Virus record (IMG/VR): IMGVR_UViG_3300042898_005595
Location: 1 to 60,222 of that record
Origin: a virus
Taxonomy: Duplodnaviria; Caudoviricetes
Strand: one strand, 5' to 3'
Length of the DNA stretch: 60,222 nt
How positions within the stretch are numbered: position 1 is the first letter of the stretch; the number at the start of each line of letters is the position of its first letter. Shown piece after piece: positions 26,335-36,104 of this stretch. The position numbers and the translations under genes are program-made. The notes under the pieces are model-generated. The model saw nothing but the letters and a program-made list of their open reading frames with translations. It was not told the origin of the DNA and searched no databases.

Positions 26335-27015
26335 ATGAAATCAAAAAACAAATTAATACTAGAATTCTCTGAATTTAATCTACAAAGAATGAGTCCAGAC
26401 TCAGCGAGAGCATCAGTACATGTTGATGATCCTAGCTTATCAATCAATGCCTTTGATAAACATGAAGATACTATTAGACAAGCAATGTCTCAAATTGGTC
26501 AAATAAGTAAGGCTCTTCAACACACAACATCATATAGATCTTTAAAATCTAAGATATCATTAAGTGAGCAAGATTTACAAGGTTTAACAATTATTAAAAT
26601 TGTTAAAGACATCGGTGTTAATTATGATATTTATATCAAATTTAAAATATCTGATGAAGAATATTGGGGAGTTATTAAGAGTATTAACTTTGAACCTGAA
26701 GTTAGATCCGAAGTATTCAAAGATGAAGAATTATTACAAACCAAAGAATGGAATATTAAGACTAAAGGTCTTATACTAAAATCAATAAAATCTTGGCTTA
26801 AACCACAGTTTGGTTTTTTTAAATTAATTAAAGATGAGATTCAATGTTTTTCAAGCATAAGTGGAAAACTTCTAATTCTACCAAAAGATTCTGTAATAGA
26901 AGTATTAAAATCCTACGATGATAAAATCATTTTTAAATTTAAAGATGATCAATACACAATAACTGGAGATAATTTCTTTTATTTTAACTGGTGGTTTGAA
27001 CCTGTCAAGGATTAA
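26335..27015 (+). CDS. Hypothetical protein
   Basis: Likely start MKSKNKLILEFSEFN. Confidence 0.6.
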   Translation: MKSKNKLILEFSEFNLQRMSPDSARASVHVDDPSLSINAFDKHEDTIRQAMSQIGQISKALQHTTSYRSLKSKISLSEQDLQGLTIIKIVKDIGVNYDIYIKFKISDEEYWGVIKSINFEPEVRSEVFKDEELLQTKEWNIKTKGLILKSIKSWLKPQFGFFKLIKDEIQCFSSISGKLLILPKDSVIEVLKSYDDKIIFKFKDDQYTITGDNFFYFNWWFEPVKD

Positions 27016-28547
27016 GAACCCACACCAGTATTAATTACAGCAGTGAAAGATACCGTAGAATGTCCAGATGTTAATTGAAATGCTTGTTTAAACTTAACAG
27101 TATTAGCAACTCCTACATCAAAATAACCAGAACCTATGGATCCGGCAGAACCACCTAAACTTCTCAACATAGCCAAACTAATACCACTAGTACCGGAAAA
27201 TGGAGGATCTGTTGAATTTTGACCTGTTATAACACCACTTGAATTAACAGCATAAGATGCAATTAGTTTATTTGTTTTAAATCCTTTAGGTGAAGGAAGA
27301 GCGGCAGTGAATGTCGCCTCTATACTGAAATAACAATTACTAGGAACTGTTATACTACCAACCTCTAGAGTACCAAATCCGGAAATAAAATTAGATTTTG
27401 TACCATATATAGTTCTGTATCCACCATTTGAATTTAATGTTGGAAAATCCACACCATTTGAACCAGAGTAAATAGTAAAAGTATTCCTATCTATTTTATG
27501 AAAGTAATTACCATTTGTAAAACCAAACAAAAATGAATTATTATTAGTTCTTGATTGAAATGTAGGATAACCAAATGAACTAACACCAACTAAAAACCCA
27601 TTAGCAGCTCCAGTACCAGTAATTGAGCCAGAAGTAAATTGTATATAAGATGCGACTCCACTTCCACTATCAAGATGTAACTTATTTTGTGGAACAATAA
27701 GTGAGCCTGCCGCTCCACCCAACAAAAGCCCAGTTGATGTTAATCTTGCTCTTTGTGTTCCTTGTATAGAAAATCCAATTTGATGAAAAGCTGGATGAAA
27801 AATACCTGTATTATCATCATTATACCAAGCTATATCAGGACCATTGTTGGCTGAGGCAGCGGCTGTTGAAAAAGTATTCTGTGATCTTAGAAATAAAGAA
27901 GTTGTAGGAACTGTAGTATTTCCACTTAAAATTAGATTTTTAAATAAATAAGCCCAACCTGTACCACTTTGAATTTGAAATGCAAGATTATCATCATTAC
28001 CTGAATTAATAGCTGGAATACCAACACCAGCACTCCTAGTAAGAAAGTCTATATTTCCAGAATCTGAAAATCTTATAGCACCAGAACCTACGCCTGGAGT
28101 AAAGGATTTGTTTGTTCCATCATTATAGAAATTGTAAGCAAGTAAAGTAGATGTTCCCTTATGTATAACAAAAGGTTGTGATAGTCCGGTATCTGAATTT
28201 ATCTGTAACACTGCTTGTGGAGAAGATGTATTGATACCAACATTTCCCTTATTAATACTTGAACCAACTGTATAATATATACCAGATGATGTAAGTCCGG
28301 TTGATGATGACCATCTGGTCATATAATTTGTTTGACCAGTACCATTGATATCAGCAACTACCCAATCACCCGATGGTGAAATATTTGGATTCCAAACATA
28401 TGTGATTCTATTGGATGTATCAAATACTCTTAATCCATCATATTTGAATTGTATAGCTCCTCTAGCGGTAGATCCACTAGCAACTATTCTAGAATCGATT
28501 GGTAATGCTACATTTACTTTAAATTGGTCTGCTATATTTATTGGCAT
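27012..28547 (-). CDS. Tail fiber-like structural protein
   Basis: Gly/Ser/Thr-rich; GNVGINTSSPQAVLQI, DDNTGIF..IGFS, PQNKLHL motifs. Confidence 0.7.
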   Translation of the reverse strand: MPINIADQFKVNVALPIDSRIVASGSTARGAIQFKYDGLRVFDTSNRITYVWNPNISPSGDWVVADINGTGQTNYMTRWSSSTGLTSSGIYYTVGSSINKGNVGINTSSPQAVLQINSDTGLSQPFVIHKGTSTLLAYNFYNDGTNKSFTPGVGSGAIRFSDSGNIDFLTRSAGVGIPAINSGNDDNLAFQIQSGTGWAYLFKNLILSGNTTVPTTSLFLRSQNTFSTAAASANNGPDIAWYNDDNTGIFHPAFHQIGFSIQGTQRARLTSTGLLLGGAAGSLIVPQNKLHLDSGSGVASYIQFTSGSITGTGAANGFLVGVSSFGYPTFQSRTNNNSFLFGFTNGNYFHKIDRNTFTIYSGSNGVDFPTLNSNGGYRTIYGTKSNFISGFGTLEVGSITVPSNCYFSIEATFTAALPSPKGFKTNKLIASYAVNSSGVITGQNSTDPPFSGTSGISLAMLRSLGGSAGSIGSGYFDVGVANTVKFKQAFQLTSGHSTVSFTAVINTGVGS

Positions 28548-28549
28548 AA

Positions 28550-30136
28550 TTAGAAATTAAATTTATAATCTTGAGAAGTTGGCATAGTTGATAACTGTGT
28601 CTTCTTATATATGTTATATGGATGGCTAAGCCATCTTCCAAATGGATCAGATATATCAACATTTTGAGAATATGTCCAAGAAGCTCCTACACCACTCAAA
28701 GATTCGGAAAATCCATTACCATCGAGAATTTCAGACAACAATCCATAGTGTGATGGATACATAAAATACAAATACTTAGGAGTAGTTGGATTCGAAAGAG
28801 GAATAGATTGACTACCATAGTTATTAATAATCTTATTATAATCAGTTCCGAAAAGTGTGTTCATATCTCCTGATGTTAAAGGATGATTAACTATATCAAA
28901 ACTATAAATATATGGATAAACAAACTCAATAGTTTGACTAGCTGTAAAAATATAGGTCCCATCACTTGGTACAACCGAGAAAGTAAATAAACCAGATTGA
29001 GTATTTCCACTGATAGCTGCAGAAGGTAAATTATAGGTATAACTTATATTATTACTAGTGATTAATCCTGGACCACTAAGTACTAAACCGGTTCCATCAT
29101 CAACTGCGAAGGCACCATTTGGTCGTTGAGCTCTTAAATACGTACTTGTAATATCATTTGTTCTCTTTATAACTGAGTAAGAAATATAAACGGGTGTATT
29201 ACTAATATGATTTCTTTCAAATGTTCTATTTTGAAACAATGTTGTTGGCGATGCTCCTGCCGCTGTTATATTCATTAATGCGAATGGTCCCAATGTAGGA
29301 TAAAGTATTTGATCGAAGAGTAATGAGAATGCAAGACTACTAAATGTTGTACCGACTGTTACACCACCAATACTTTGTACTATAGGATCTGGGTTTGTGT
29401 ATTCTAATTCGTGCCCATTTAGAGTAGTTGGAGATCCTAAAATTGTGGTTGTACTTCCTGTTGATCCTAACTGACCACCAAGACTCGTATAAGTTCTCAA
29501 CTCTAAGTAATTAGGAGAACCATTACCTCTCATAACCAAGAATAGGTCATTCCCATTAGAAGCTAAAGGTGATGCTATAGAAGCAGCAACTTGAGCAGTA
29601 GATGGCCAATATAAATCATTAATTACAACACTAGCTGAAGAACCACTTTCAATAGTTATTGTACCATAAGTTGCTGGATTTATTAAATTAAGTGATATAT
29701 AAGGATTACCACCAGAAACTTGAGTAGATTGAATATAAGGTGCAAATCCAAATAATGATGTATCAGTACCAGCCAAAATACTCATTTTAAAATCTTGAGG
29801 CGATGTTGGATCTGATTTGGTATTATAAAGAAAAATATCAGTATCACTAGTTAATAGTGATGATGACATTATATTAGAACCAGATATTTGTTTTTTACCA
29901 AAAAATATCTTTTTATCCTTTATCTCATCTCTTGAAAATCCAATGTGTTCAACACCATCTACAGTTACATATTTAAATACTGTACTTTCCCAAGCTGAGA
30001 AAACAGCATCACGAACATCACGAGGTGTAATTTCTTTAGCAGTATTATCTGGAAGTAATTGTAAAACATCTTGTAATGCCGTTTTATTCTGAGCATAATA
30101 TGTTGTTGCTGGATATTCACTAAATGTATAAGCCAT
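28550..30136 (-). CDS. Virion structural protein (tail-associated)
   Basis: LPDNTAKEITPRDVRDA start, Ser/Thr-rich beta content, YLYFMYP C-terminus. Confidence 0.6.
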   Translation of the reverse strand: MAYTFSEYPATTYYAQNKTALQDVLQLLPDNTAKEITPRDVRDAVFSAWESTVFKYVTVDGVEHIGFSRDEIKDKKIFFGKKQISGSNIMSSSLLTSDTDIFLYNTKSDPTSPQDFKMSILAGTDTSLFGFAPYIQSTQVSGGNPYISLNLINPATYGTITIESGSSASVVINDLYWPSTAQVAASIASPLASNGNDLFLVMRGNGSPNYLELRTYTSLGGQLGSTGSTTTILGSPTTLNGHELEYTNPDPIVQSIGGVTVGTTFSSLAFSLLFDQILYPTLGPFALMNITAAGASPTTLFQNRTFERNHISNTPVYISYSVIKRTNDITSTYLRAQRPNGAFAVDDGTGLVLSGPGLITSNNISYTYNLPSAAISGNTQSGLFTFSVVPSDGTYIFTASQTIEFVYPYIYSFDIVNHPLTSGDMNTLFGTDYNKIINNYGSQSIPLSNPTTPKYLYFMYPSHYGLLSEILDGNGFSESLSGVGASWTYSQNVDISDPFGRWLSHPYNIYKKTQLSTMPTSQDYKFNF

Positions 30137-30179
30137 TTAATTTAAAAAAGTTTTAAGTATATATAAACTTTTTATAATC

Positions 30180-30581
30180 TTATTCGAATAAAAAATCAAT
30201 TTTAATTAGATCCTTAATTTTAGCTGTTTTTAAGCCTAAATTTTCAAAAGATATTTTATCAAAAGGTATTTCATTTTCAATTTCATATAGATCACTCATC
30301 TCTTTAGAGAATTTATCAATATCTTTTAATAGAACAGTATCTGGAATATTCTGACCATTTTCATCCTTAGCTGATATTGGGTTACCATCCTCATCTATTT
30401 GTATCCATTTATTATAGATTTTTTTCTCTAACTTAAGTTTATCTTCAACTATTGGTGATATAAATTTAATAATTCTGGTCAATTTAAAAGCTGCTGAAGC
30501 ATCTATATCTTGGTCTAAAAGGTTATTAATAGATTCAAGAGATTCATTTGATAGTTGTGAGTTTTTTATTTTGAAAGACAT
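30180..30581 (-). CDS. Hypothetical tail-region protein (DUF1617-like)
   Basis: Helical AFKLTRIIK..DEDGNP pattern next to fiber genes. Confidence 0.45.
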   Translation of the reverse strand: MSFKIKNSQLSNESLESINNLLDQDIDASAAFKLTRIIKFISPIVEDKLKLEKKIYNKWIQIDEDGNPISAKDENGQNIPDTVLLKDIDKFSKEMSDLYEIENEIPFDKISFENLGLKTAKIKDLIKIDFLFE

Positions 30582-30597
30582 AAATTATTTTTTCTTT

Positions 30598-31299
30598 TTA
30601 TATATTATTTTCAATTCGTTGTTTGCAATTATCGATTCTAATCTTTGATATTTCATAATATTTCTCATCCCTCTCAACACAGATAAACCTTCTTTCAGTC
30701 TCAATACAAGCAATTGCAGTTGTTGATGTCCCAGCGAATGTATCTAAAACAATATCTTCTTTATTAGAATGTTTAACTATTAAATCTTTAATCAATCCAA
30801 GTGGTTTTTGAGTCGGATGTTCCAATCTCTCCTTGCCATGGCAAAGTGGATAATTATAAATCGCATTATCATATTCCGAATTAAAAATTGCATTTTTATC
30901 TTTAACAAATGTGAAAAAGTATTCAGAACAATTTGATAAATAATTAATTTTTGAATTAACAGGAACTGGATTATTCTTTAACCATTGCCCTACTCTTGGT
31001 TGCTTAAATTTATTCTTTGCTGCAAATTCTTTAATAATTGATGACTTCCAAATGTCATAAAATAGAACTAATGTTCCTCCTTTTCTCAAAACTCTATAAT
31101 ATTCTTTAAATAAAGTATCTAAATCTATTTCAGTGTCCCAATATCCGAAATCAATTGATATTTGATTAAATTTAGATAATTTACCAGAACTAAAACCAGA
31201 TTTTTTTGAAATATCGTAGGGTGGATCCGTAAGTATTAAGTCTATTGAATTATCTTCAATCTTACTTAAATAATTAAAACAATCATCAAAAACTAACAC
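30598..31299 (-). CDS. DNA N6-adenine/N4-cytosine methyltransferase (beta class)
   Basis: DLILTDPPY, HPTQKP, VLDTFAGTSTT. Confidence 0.9.
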   Translation of the reverse strand: MLVFDDCFNYLSKIEDNSIDLILTDPPYDISKKSGFSSGKLSKFNQISIDFGYWDTEIDLDTLFKEYYRVLRKGGTLVLFYDIWKSSIIKEFAAKNKFKQPRVGQWLKNNPVPVNSKINYLSNCSEYFFTFVKDKNAIFNSEYDNAIYNYPLCHGKERLEHPTQKPLGLIKDLIVKHSNKEDIVLDTFAGTSTTAIACIETERRFICVERDEKYYEISKIRIDNCKQRIENNI

Positions 31300-31334
31300 T
31301 TATATAACTTAATTTTAATTATATATACTCTAAC

Positions 31335-32462
31335 ATGAAACTTCTATTAGAATTTAAAGACTATAATGATTTATCTTTTGTAAAAGATAACGTTGAAGAT
31401 TCTATTCTATCAGAAATAGATGAATCTATTAATCCTGTAGTTCATCAGTCATTTATCACTATATCAGATGGTGAAGTAACTTGTAAAGACCTAAAAAGAA
31501 GTGAGTATAGTAGTACTGATTTTGATTTTAAGAGTTATTTAGTATCCTTTAATGAAAGAATGGAAGAGGAAAGTTTTGATAACATATCTCAAAGATTAGA
31601 ATCAATATTATCTATGGAATTTGATGATAAAATAAAGTGTATTGCTTTACAATCATTTCCAATAAATGAGTTTGTTATTTGCAGTGACAATGAATATCAG
31701 ATTTTAAAATGTATTTGTAATTTTGAATATTCTATAGAAGACGAGATATGGGAGATCAAAAATAATCCTTACACATCAGTTATAGATCTAACAACCGATG
31801 ACTTTAATAACTTCAAGAGTCTAACCATATGGATAAGAAAATATCTAAGCAAACTTGGAGTAAATTTAAAATTAAACAGAGAAAATATTGAATCTAATTA
31901 TTTAAATTATAAAATATCAACAAGTTTTTTCTTCAACAGCTCAAGAAATCTAAATGATAGATGGATACAAGATCTAGATTTAATCAAAACAGATGGTAAA
32001 AATAAAACTGATATAAATGTAAGAACTTGGATGAGAGATAATTTACCAATACATTATGATACTCTAAATAATCTCAAAAAGATTGGTGATAAAATAAATT
32101 CAATGAATTTACCATTTCAATTAGACCTAAATTCTGATCCTAATGTGGAGGCAAAAAGATTATTAGATATCATTCGTGAAAAAGTTTTTCCTATTTTCTC
32201 AAATAGTGAGACAGATGATATATCAAATCTATATAAACAATTTGAAAAATTAGAAGAACTTGGAATAGATGCTGAATGGACTCACGAAGGAAACTATTTT
32301 TATTTATTTGATATAAATTATAAAGGAAAACATTATATAGTACATACAAAATATGATGTTAAGAAAAAATTAGTAAAAATTGAAATAAAAGATAAAAATA
32401 TTGAGCAAGAAATACCAATAGAAGATTTTTGTGATACAATATTTCTACTTTTAAGTGAATAA
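31335..32462 (+). CDS. Hypothetical protein with CTS-like N-terminus
   Basis: MKLLLEFKDY. Confidence 0.6.
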   Translation: MKLLLEFKDYNDLSFVKDNVEDSILSEIDESINPVVHQSFITISDGEVTCKDLKRSEYSSTDFDFKSYLVSFNERMEEESFDNISQRLESILSMEFDDKIKCIALQSFPINEFVICSDNEYQILKCICNFEYSIEDEIWEIKNNPYTSVIDLTTDDFNNFKSLTIWIRKYLSKLGVNLKLNRENIESNYLNYKISTSFFFNSSRNLNDRWIQDLDLIKTDGKNKTDINVRTWMRDNLPIHYDTLNNLKKIGDKINSMNLPFQLDLNSDPNVEAKRLLDIIREKVFPIFSNSETDDISNLYKQFEKLEELGIDAEWTHEGNYFYLFDINYKGKHYIVHTKYDVKKKLVKIEIKDKNIEQEIPIEDFCDTIFLLLSE

Positions 32463-32478
32463 AAATTAATTAAAAACA

Positions 32479-33249
32479 ATGAGTTTAACTTCAATAATTA
32501 AGGGAATTTTAAATATCCAAAAAAAAATTGATCTTAAAACCCTACCATCACAGGGAATTTTCTATAATGATGGATTTGAAATCTACATAAAAAAGGCTAA
32601 TCTAGAAGATATAATCGAATACGAATACGATTATGATGAAGAACAACTTGGTTCAGTTATTAGTAAAATAAAAAAAATTGTAGAAAAAAACACTACTATC
32701 ACACCACCAAATACATATAATAGTGTTAAAAGTATTGATGTTATTTTTTTATTTCTTGAAATAGTAAAATTCACAAATAATAAACCAATAAATATTGCTT
32801 TTTTTAACGACCTATTAGCCAAAGAAGAGTATATAAAATTTGAATCTACTAACTTTAACTATTTCCAACTAGACGAGAAAATACTAGAGAAATACGATAG
32901 TAAAACAAAAGAATTTAATTTCGAAGGATTTAAATACTCAGTACCCAGTATAGGAGTTGAGAACTCACTAACACAATTTCTAATATCAAAATCATTATCC
33001 AAAGATTCGGAAGCTTATAATACATATTCATATGATTTTCTATACTTCTTAGGACATAAATCAATTTTAAACTTCGATGAGATTGAAAATCTTATTCAAA
33101 TTTTTAATCACGATATTGATGAACAAGACAGAAAAAAAATTGAAAAAATAGTAAAAAAACTATCAGTAATAGGTAAATACTCACTTAAAAAAGATTCACA
33201 GATTATTGATGTCACTGCTAAAATTAATTTATCTAATATTTGGAAATAA
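32479..33249 (+). CDS. Baseplate hub subunit-like protein (T4 gp26-like)
   Basis: LPSQGIFY, D..FLFL.I. Confidence 0.5.
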   Translation: MSLTSIIKGILNIQKKIDLKTLPSQGIFYNDGFEIYIKKANLEDIIEYEYDYDEEQLGSVISKIKKIVEKNTTITPPNTYNSVKSIDVIFLFLEIVKFTNNKPINIAFFNDLLAKEEYIKFESTNFNYFQLDEKILEKYDSKTKEFNFEGFKYSVPSIGVENSLTQFLISKSLSKDSEAYNTYSYDFLYFLGHKSILNFDEIENLIQIFNHDIDEQDRKKIEKIVKKLSVIGKYSLKKDSQIIDVTAKINLSNIWK

Positions 33250-33267
33250 TTTCTAAATATATAGATT

Positions 33268-34101
33268 ATGAATATACTTAATTGGCAATTATTTCTTGAA
33301 GAGATAGTTGGTAAAAAACCAATCTCAAATCTACAATCATACATCGAGGGTATGAACTATTCAATGAAGGATAAATTATTCTTCACCGATATAGTTGATT
33401 TTGATGTAGTAGTTGATTTTGGATGTGCTGATGGAACTTTTCTAGAAGAATTAGCTAGAATAAAACCTAATGTTAAATTAATCGGATACGATTTAGATGA
33501 TGAAATGTTATCTAAAGCTCAATCAAGACTAGGTAGAAAAGCATTATTTACTAATAACTGGTACGATGCGGTTAAATATACAAGTTCGTTTAAAAATCCA
33601 TTATTAAATCTAAGTTCAGTAATTCATGAGGTTTATTCTTATTCTAGACCAAATGTAATTTCACAATTTTGGAATTCTCAAGTATTTGGAGGTGATTTTA
33701 AATATATTACAATCCGTGATATGATACCTTCTCTAGAAATGGAAAAACAAGAAATCAATCACTTTAAAGATGATGTTAGAAAAGTTAGATCTAAAACTGA
33801 TAAATTTTATTTAGACTCATTTGAAAAAAAATGGGGAACTATTAATGACAATTATAGAACATTTGTACATTACTTGATGAAATATAGATTTACAGATAAC
33901 TGGGATAGAGAAGTTAATGAGAACTATCTTCCAGTTTCATTAGAAACTGTTAAGTCTAAAATTCCAGGAGATTATAAAATTGTTTATGAAGAAGACTTTT
34001 TATTACAGTTTTTAAAAGATCAAGTTAAAAAAGATTTTAATGTTGAATTGACACACTCTACTCATACTAAAATGATTCTTAAAAATAGAAAATTCAAATA
34101 A
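33268..34101 (+). CDS. SAM-dependent methyltransferase
   Basis: VVDFGCADG, GYDLD, SSVIHEVYSY. Confidence 0.8.
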   Translation: MNILNWQLFLEEIVGKKPISNLQSYIEGMNYSMKDKLFFTDIVDFDVVVDFGCADGTFLEELARIKPNVKLIGYDLDDEMLSKAQSRLGRKALFTNNWYDAVKYTSSFKNPLLNLSSVIHEVYSYSRPNVISQFWNSQVFGGDFKYITIRDMIPSLEMEKQEINHFKDDVRKVRSKTDKFYLDSFEKKWGTINDNYRTFVHYLMKYRFTDNWDREVNENYLPVSLETVKSKIPGDYKIVYEEDFLLQFLKDQVKKDFNVELTHSTHTKMILKNRKFK

Positions 34102-34110
34102 TGGTAAAAT

Positions 34111-34140
34111 AAAAAACCTCTAATTTCTTAGAGGTTTTTT
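34111..34140. terminator. Bidirectional terminator
   Basis: AAAAAACCTCTAA-TTTC-TTAGAGGTTTTT. Confidence 0.8.
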
Positions 34141-34144
34141 ATTT

Positions 34145-35593
34145 TTAAATTGATATTTCATCAATCATTTCATATAACTTATTCTTATCTGTCTCAAGCC
34201 ACTGCATAATATCAAAAACTTTATCAGAAAATCCAGCCAAAGCAAATACATTTTGTTCTGGAAGTTGCATTGTTCCAAGACCAGATAAATCCCAAGAATA
34301 AACATAAGGATTACAATTGAACTTCTTTTTGTAAAGATTAAATTCAGATGCTGGTGTTGTCTTACCTATCCAACCTTGCATATCTGATAAGATAATTACA
34401 CGATCATATTTCTTATTAGCCTTTAAGAAAATATCTTTAAAGTTTGTTCCACCACCAGAGAAACGGAATCCATTTCTAATAGTAATAATTGAATCCATCG
34501 GATTATATGCCTTGTAATTAGCACTTGTAGCAAATGTCATAACATCACAGTTATTAGCCTTAGCCAACATCGATCCAAATAAAGAAGCTATCTCAGATGG
34601 TCTTCCACTCATAGATCCTGATACATCAAGAACTACTAAAGTATCACCATCAAACTTAGGAACGTTAATTGCAGATATATCTAATGCTTGATGTAATGCA
34701 GTCATTACCATTCTGACATCGGATGATGAACCTAACTTAGAAATCTCTTCATAAGCAGTTGAAAATCTAAATGGAAGAATACGACTTGATTTAATCAACT
34801 TCTCATCAACTAACATATCACACGCAAGTCCAACAAATTGTGGTGCTTGATTAATGATATTTCTCAAGTTTCTAAGAAGTGCAAAATATCCGATCTTTTT
34901 TGTTGTAAGAAGCTCACCCCATGCATCTGATTTTAACTGTGATAATTCCTCACTATTAGATGCATCTTGACCAGCTTTAGATAATTTAGACTCCCAAGTA
35001 TCAGTTGATTTTAAATCACCTAAAACAAGTTTAGAAAGTGCTTCCTTATTTGAAGGAGTTGGAACAGGATGTACTAAATTAACAATGTCAATAAGCTTAA
35101 CTTCTTTATTTTCACTCTTATATTTAGCAAGTTGATAACTATCAAAACGATTAAAAGCTGAAGCAAATCCCTTTTTCAAAGAGTTTGGAAACTTTGGCTT
35201 GATCTTATCTGTTTTATTCTCAAGATAGTAGGACATAATTTCAGTCATATCATCAACACGAACAACTACTTTATCGTAAAAATCTTTTGACCATTCTTGT
35301 CCTGAAACTCTTGATGTTAATTCTCCAGCGAGTGCGTGTGTGATACTTCTCATACCAAACTTATCACGAGCAAATATTGCAGCCTTAGCAGCAAATTTAG
35401 GATCAACTTTATCTAAAATAGTTTTAAGTCTATCTAGTGTGACATTAGATGAACGATAAAATTGATCATCTACGAATGAGTTTAATAAAATAGAAATCAA
35501 TTCTAATTCATGTGATTGAGTGTAAGCCTGACCACCGGCTAAATTAGTGGTTAAAGTCTTTGGTTCTTTTAAAGTTAGGTTAAATTTTGACAT
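34145..35593 (-). CDS. Ro60/Rsr ortholog (TROVE + vWA domains)
   Basis: TNLAGGQAY, FDSYQLAKY, TWESKLS, ALLRNLRN, LPFRF, vWA DVSGSM..GGGT..ILSDMQ. Confidence 0.92.
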   Translation of the reverse strand: MSKFNLTLKEPKTLTTNLAGGQAYTQSHELELISILLNSFVDDQFYRSSNVTLDRLKTILDKVDPKFAAKAAIFARDKFGMRSITHALAGELTSRVSGQEWSKDFYDKVVVRVDDMTEIMSYYLENKTDKIKPKFPNSLKKGFASAFNRFDSYQLAKYKSENKEVKLIDIVNLVHPVPTPSNKEALSKLVLGDLKSTDTWESKLSKAGQDASNSEELSQLKSDAWGELLTTKKIGYFALLRNLRNIINQAPQFVGLACDMLVDEKLIKSSRILPFRFSTAYEEISKLGSSSDVRMVMTALHQALDISAINVPKFDGDTLVVLDVSGSMSGRPSEIASLFGSMLAKANNCDVMTFATSANYKAYNPMDSIITIRNGFRFSGGGTNFKDIFLKANKKYDRVIILSDMQGWIGKTTPASEFNLYKKKFNCNPYVYSWDLSGLGTMQLPEQNVFALAGFSDKVFDIMQWLETDKNKLYEMIDEISI

Positions 35594-35613
35594 AATTAAG
35601 TTTTTATTTTAAT

Positions 35614-35654
35614 AAAAAAGACCAGAAATAACTTTGTAGTTAAATCTGGCCTTT
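35614..35654 (-). terminator. Terminator between the ncRNAs and the Ro60 gene
   Basis: GGCCAGA-TTTAACT-ACAA-AGTTATT-TCTGGTC followed by TTTTTT. Confidence 0.7.
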
Positions 35655-35662
35655 TATATTAA

Positions 35663-35913
35663 TGTAACAAACAAGTAAATCTAGACTGAGGTGTCGTCCG
35701 GACCTCATCTCGAGGGCAGGGACCGATATTCTTTAGGATTTATATCTTATCCTACTCTTTTATTTACAAGAAGTGGTAAATTCTTGTGATCATTAAGTGA
35801 TCAAATCTATCCTTTTTTATTATTGTTTAACCAATAATCTGATTGCTTGGATTAGCTTTCAGTCTTTCGTATAGTTATCGAAGTAACTCAATCTATCGCT
35901 ATGTTTGTTTACA
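35663..35913 (-). ncRNA. Y-RNA-like ncRNA 2 (about 250 nt) with a multi-hairpin insert
   Basis: Ends pair (AACAAACA/TGTTTGTT; TAGATTGAG/CTCAGTCTA); GAGTTACTTCG shared with RNA 1; upstream of Ro60. Confidence 0.7.
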
Positions 35914-35927
35914 CTTATATTAATAGA

Positions 35928-35990
35928 CCAGAGATAATTTATTAAGAGTATTTTTTTCATTGCCGAAGTAACTCTCAAAATCACTACTGG
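35928..35990 (-). ncRNA. Y-RNA-like ncRNA 1 (about 63 nt)
   Basis: CCAG-TAGTGAT..GAGAGT-TACTTCG..ACTCTT..ATTATCT-CTGG bulged terminal stem. Confidence 0.65.
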
Positions 35991-36104
35991 ATTATTTCTA
36001 ATTGATTGTTTTTATTTTATATCCAAAAATTAAAAAGTTTAAATAATTTAAGATTAATGTTATATATGATGTTAGAAAATTAAAAAAATTCAAAGGTGGA
36101 TTTT

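Noticed and set aside
35594-36104. CRISPR array or coding region upstream of TROVE
   Set aside because: Only two copies of a short motif, no regular spacers, no ORF; folds as structured RNA
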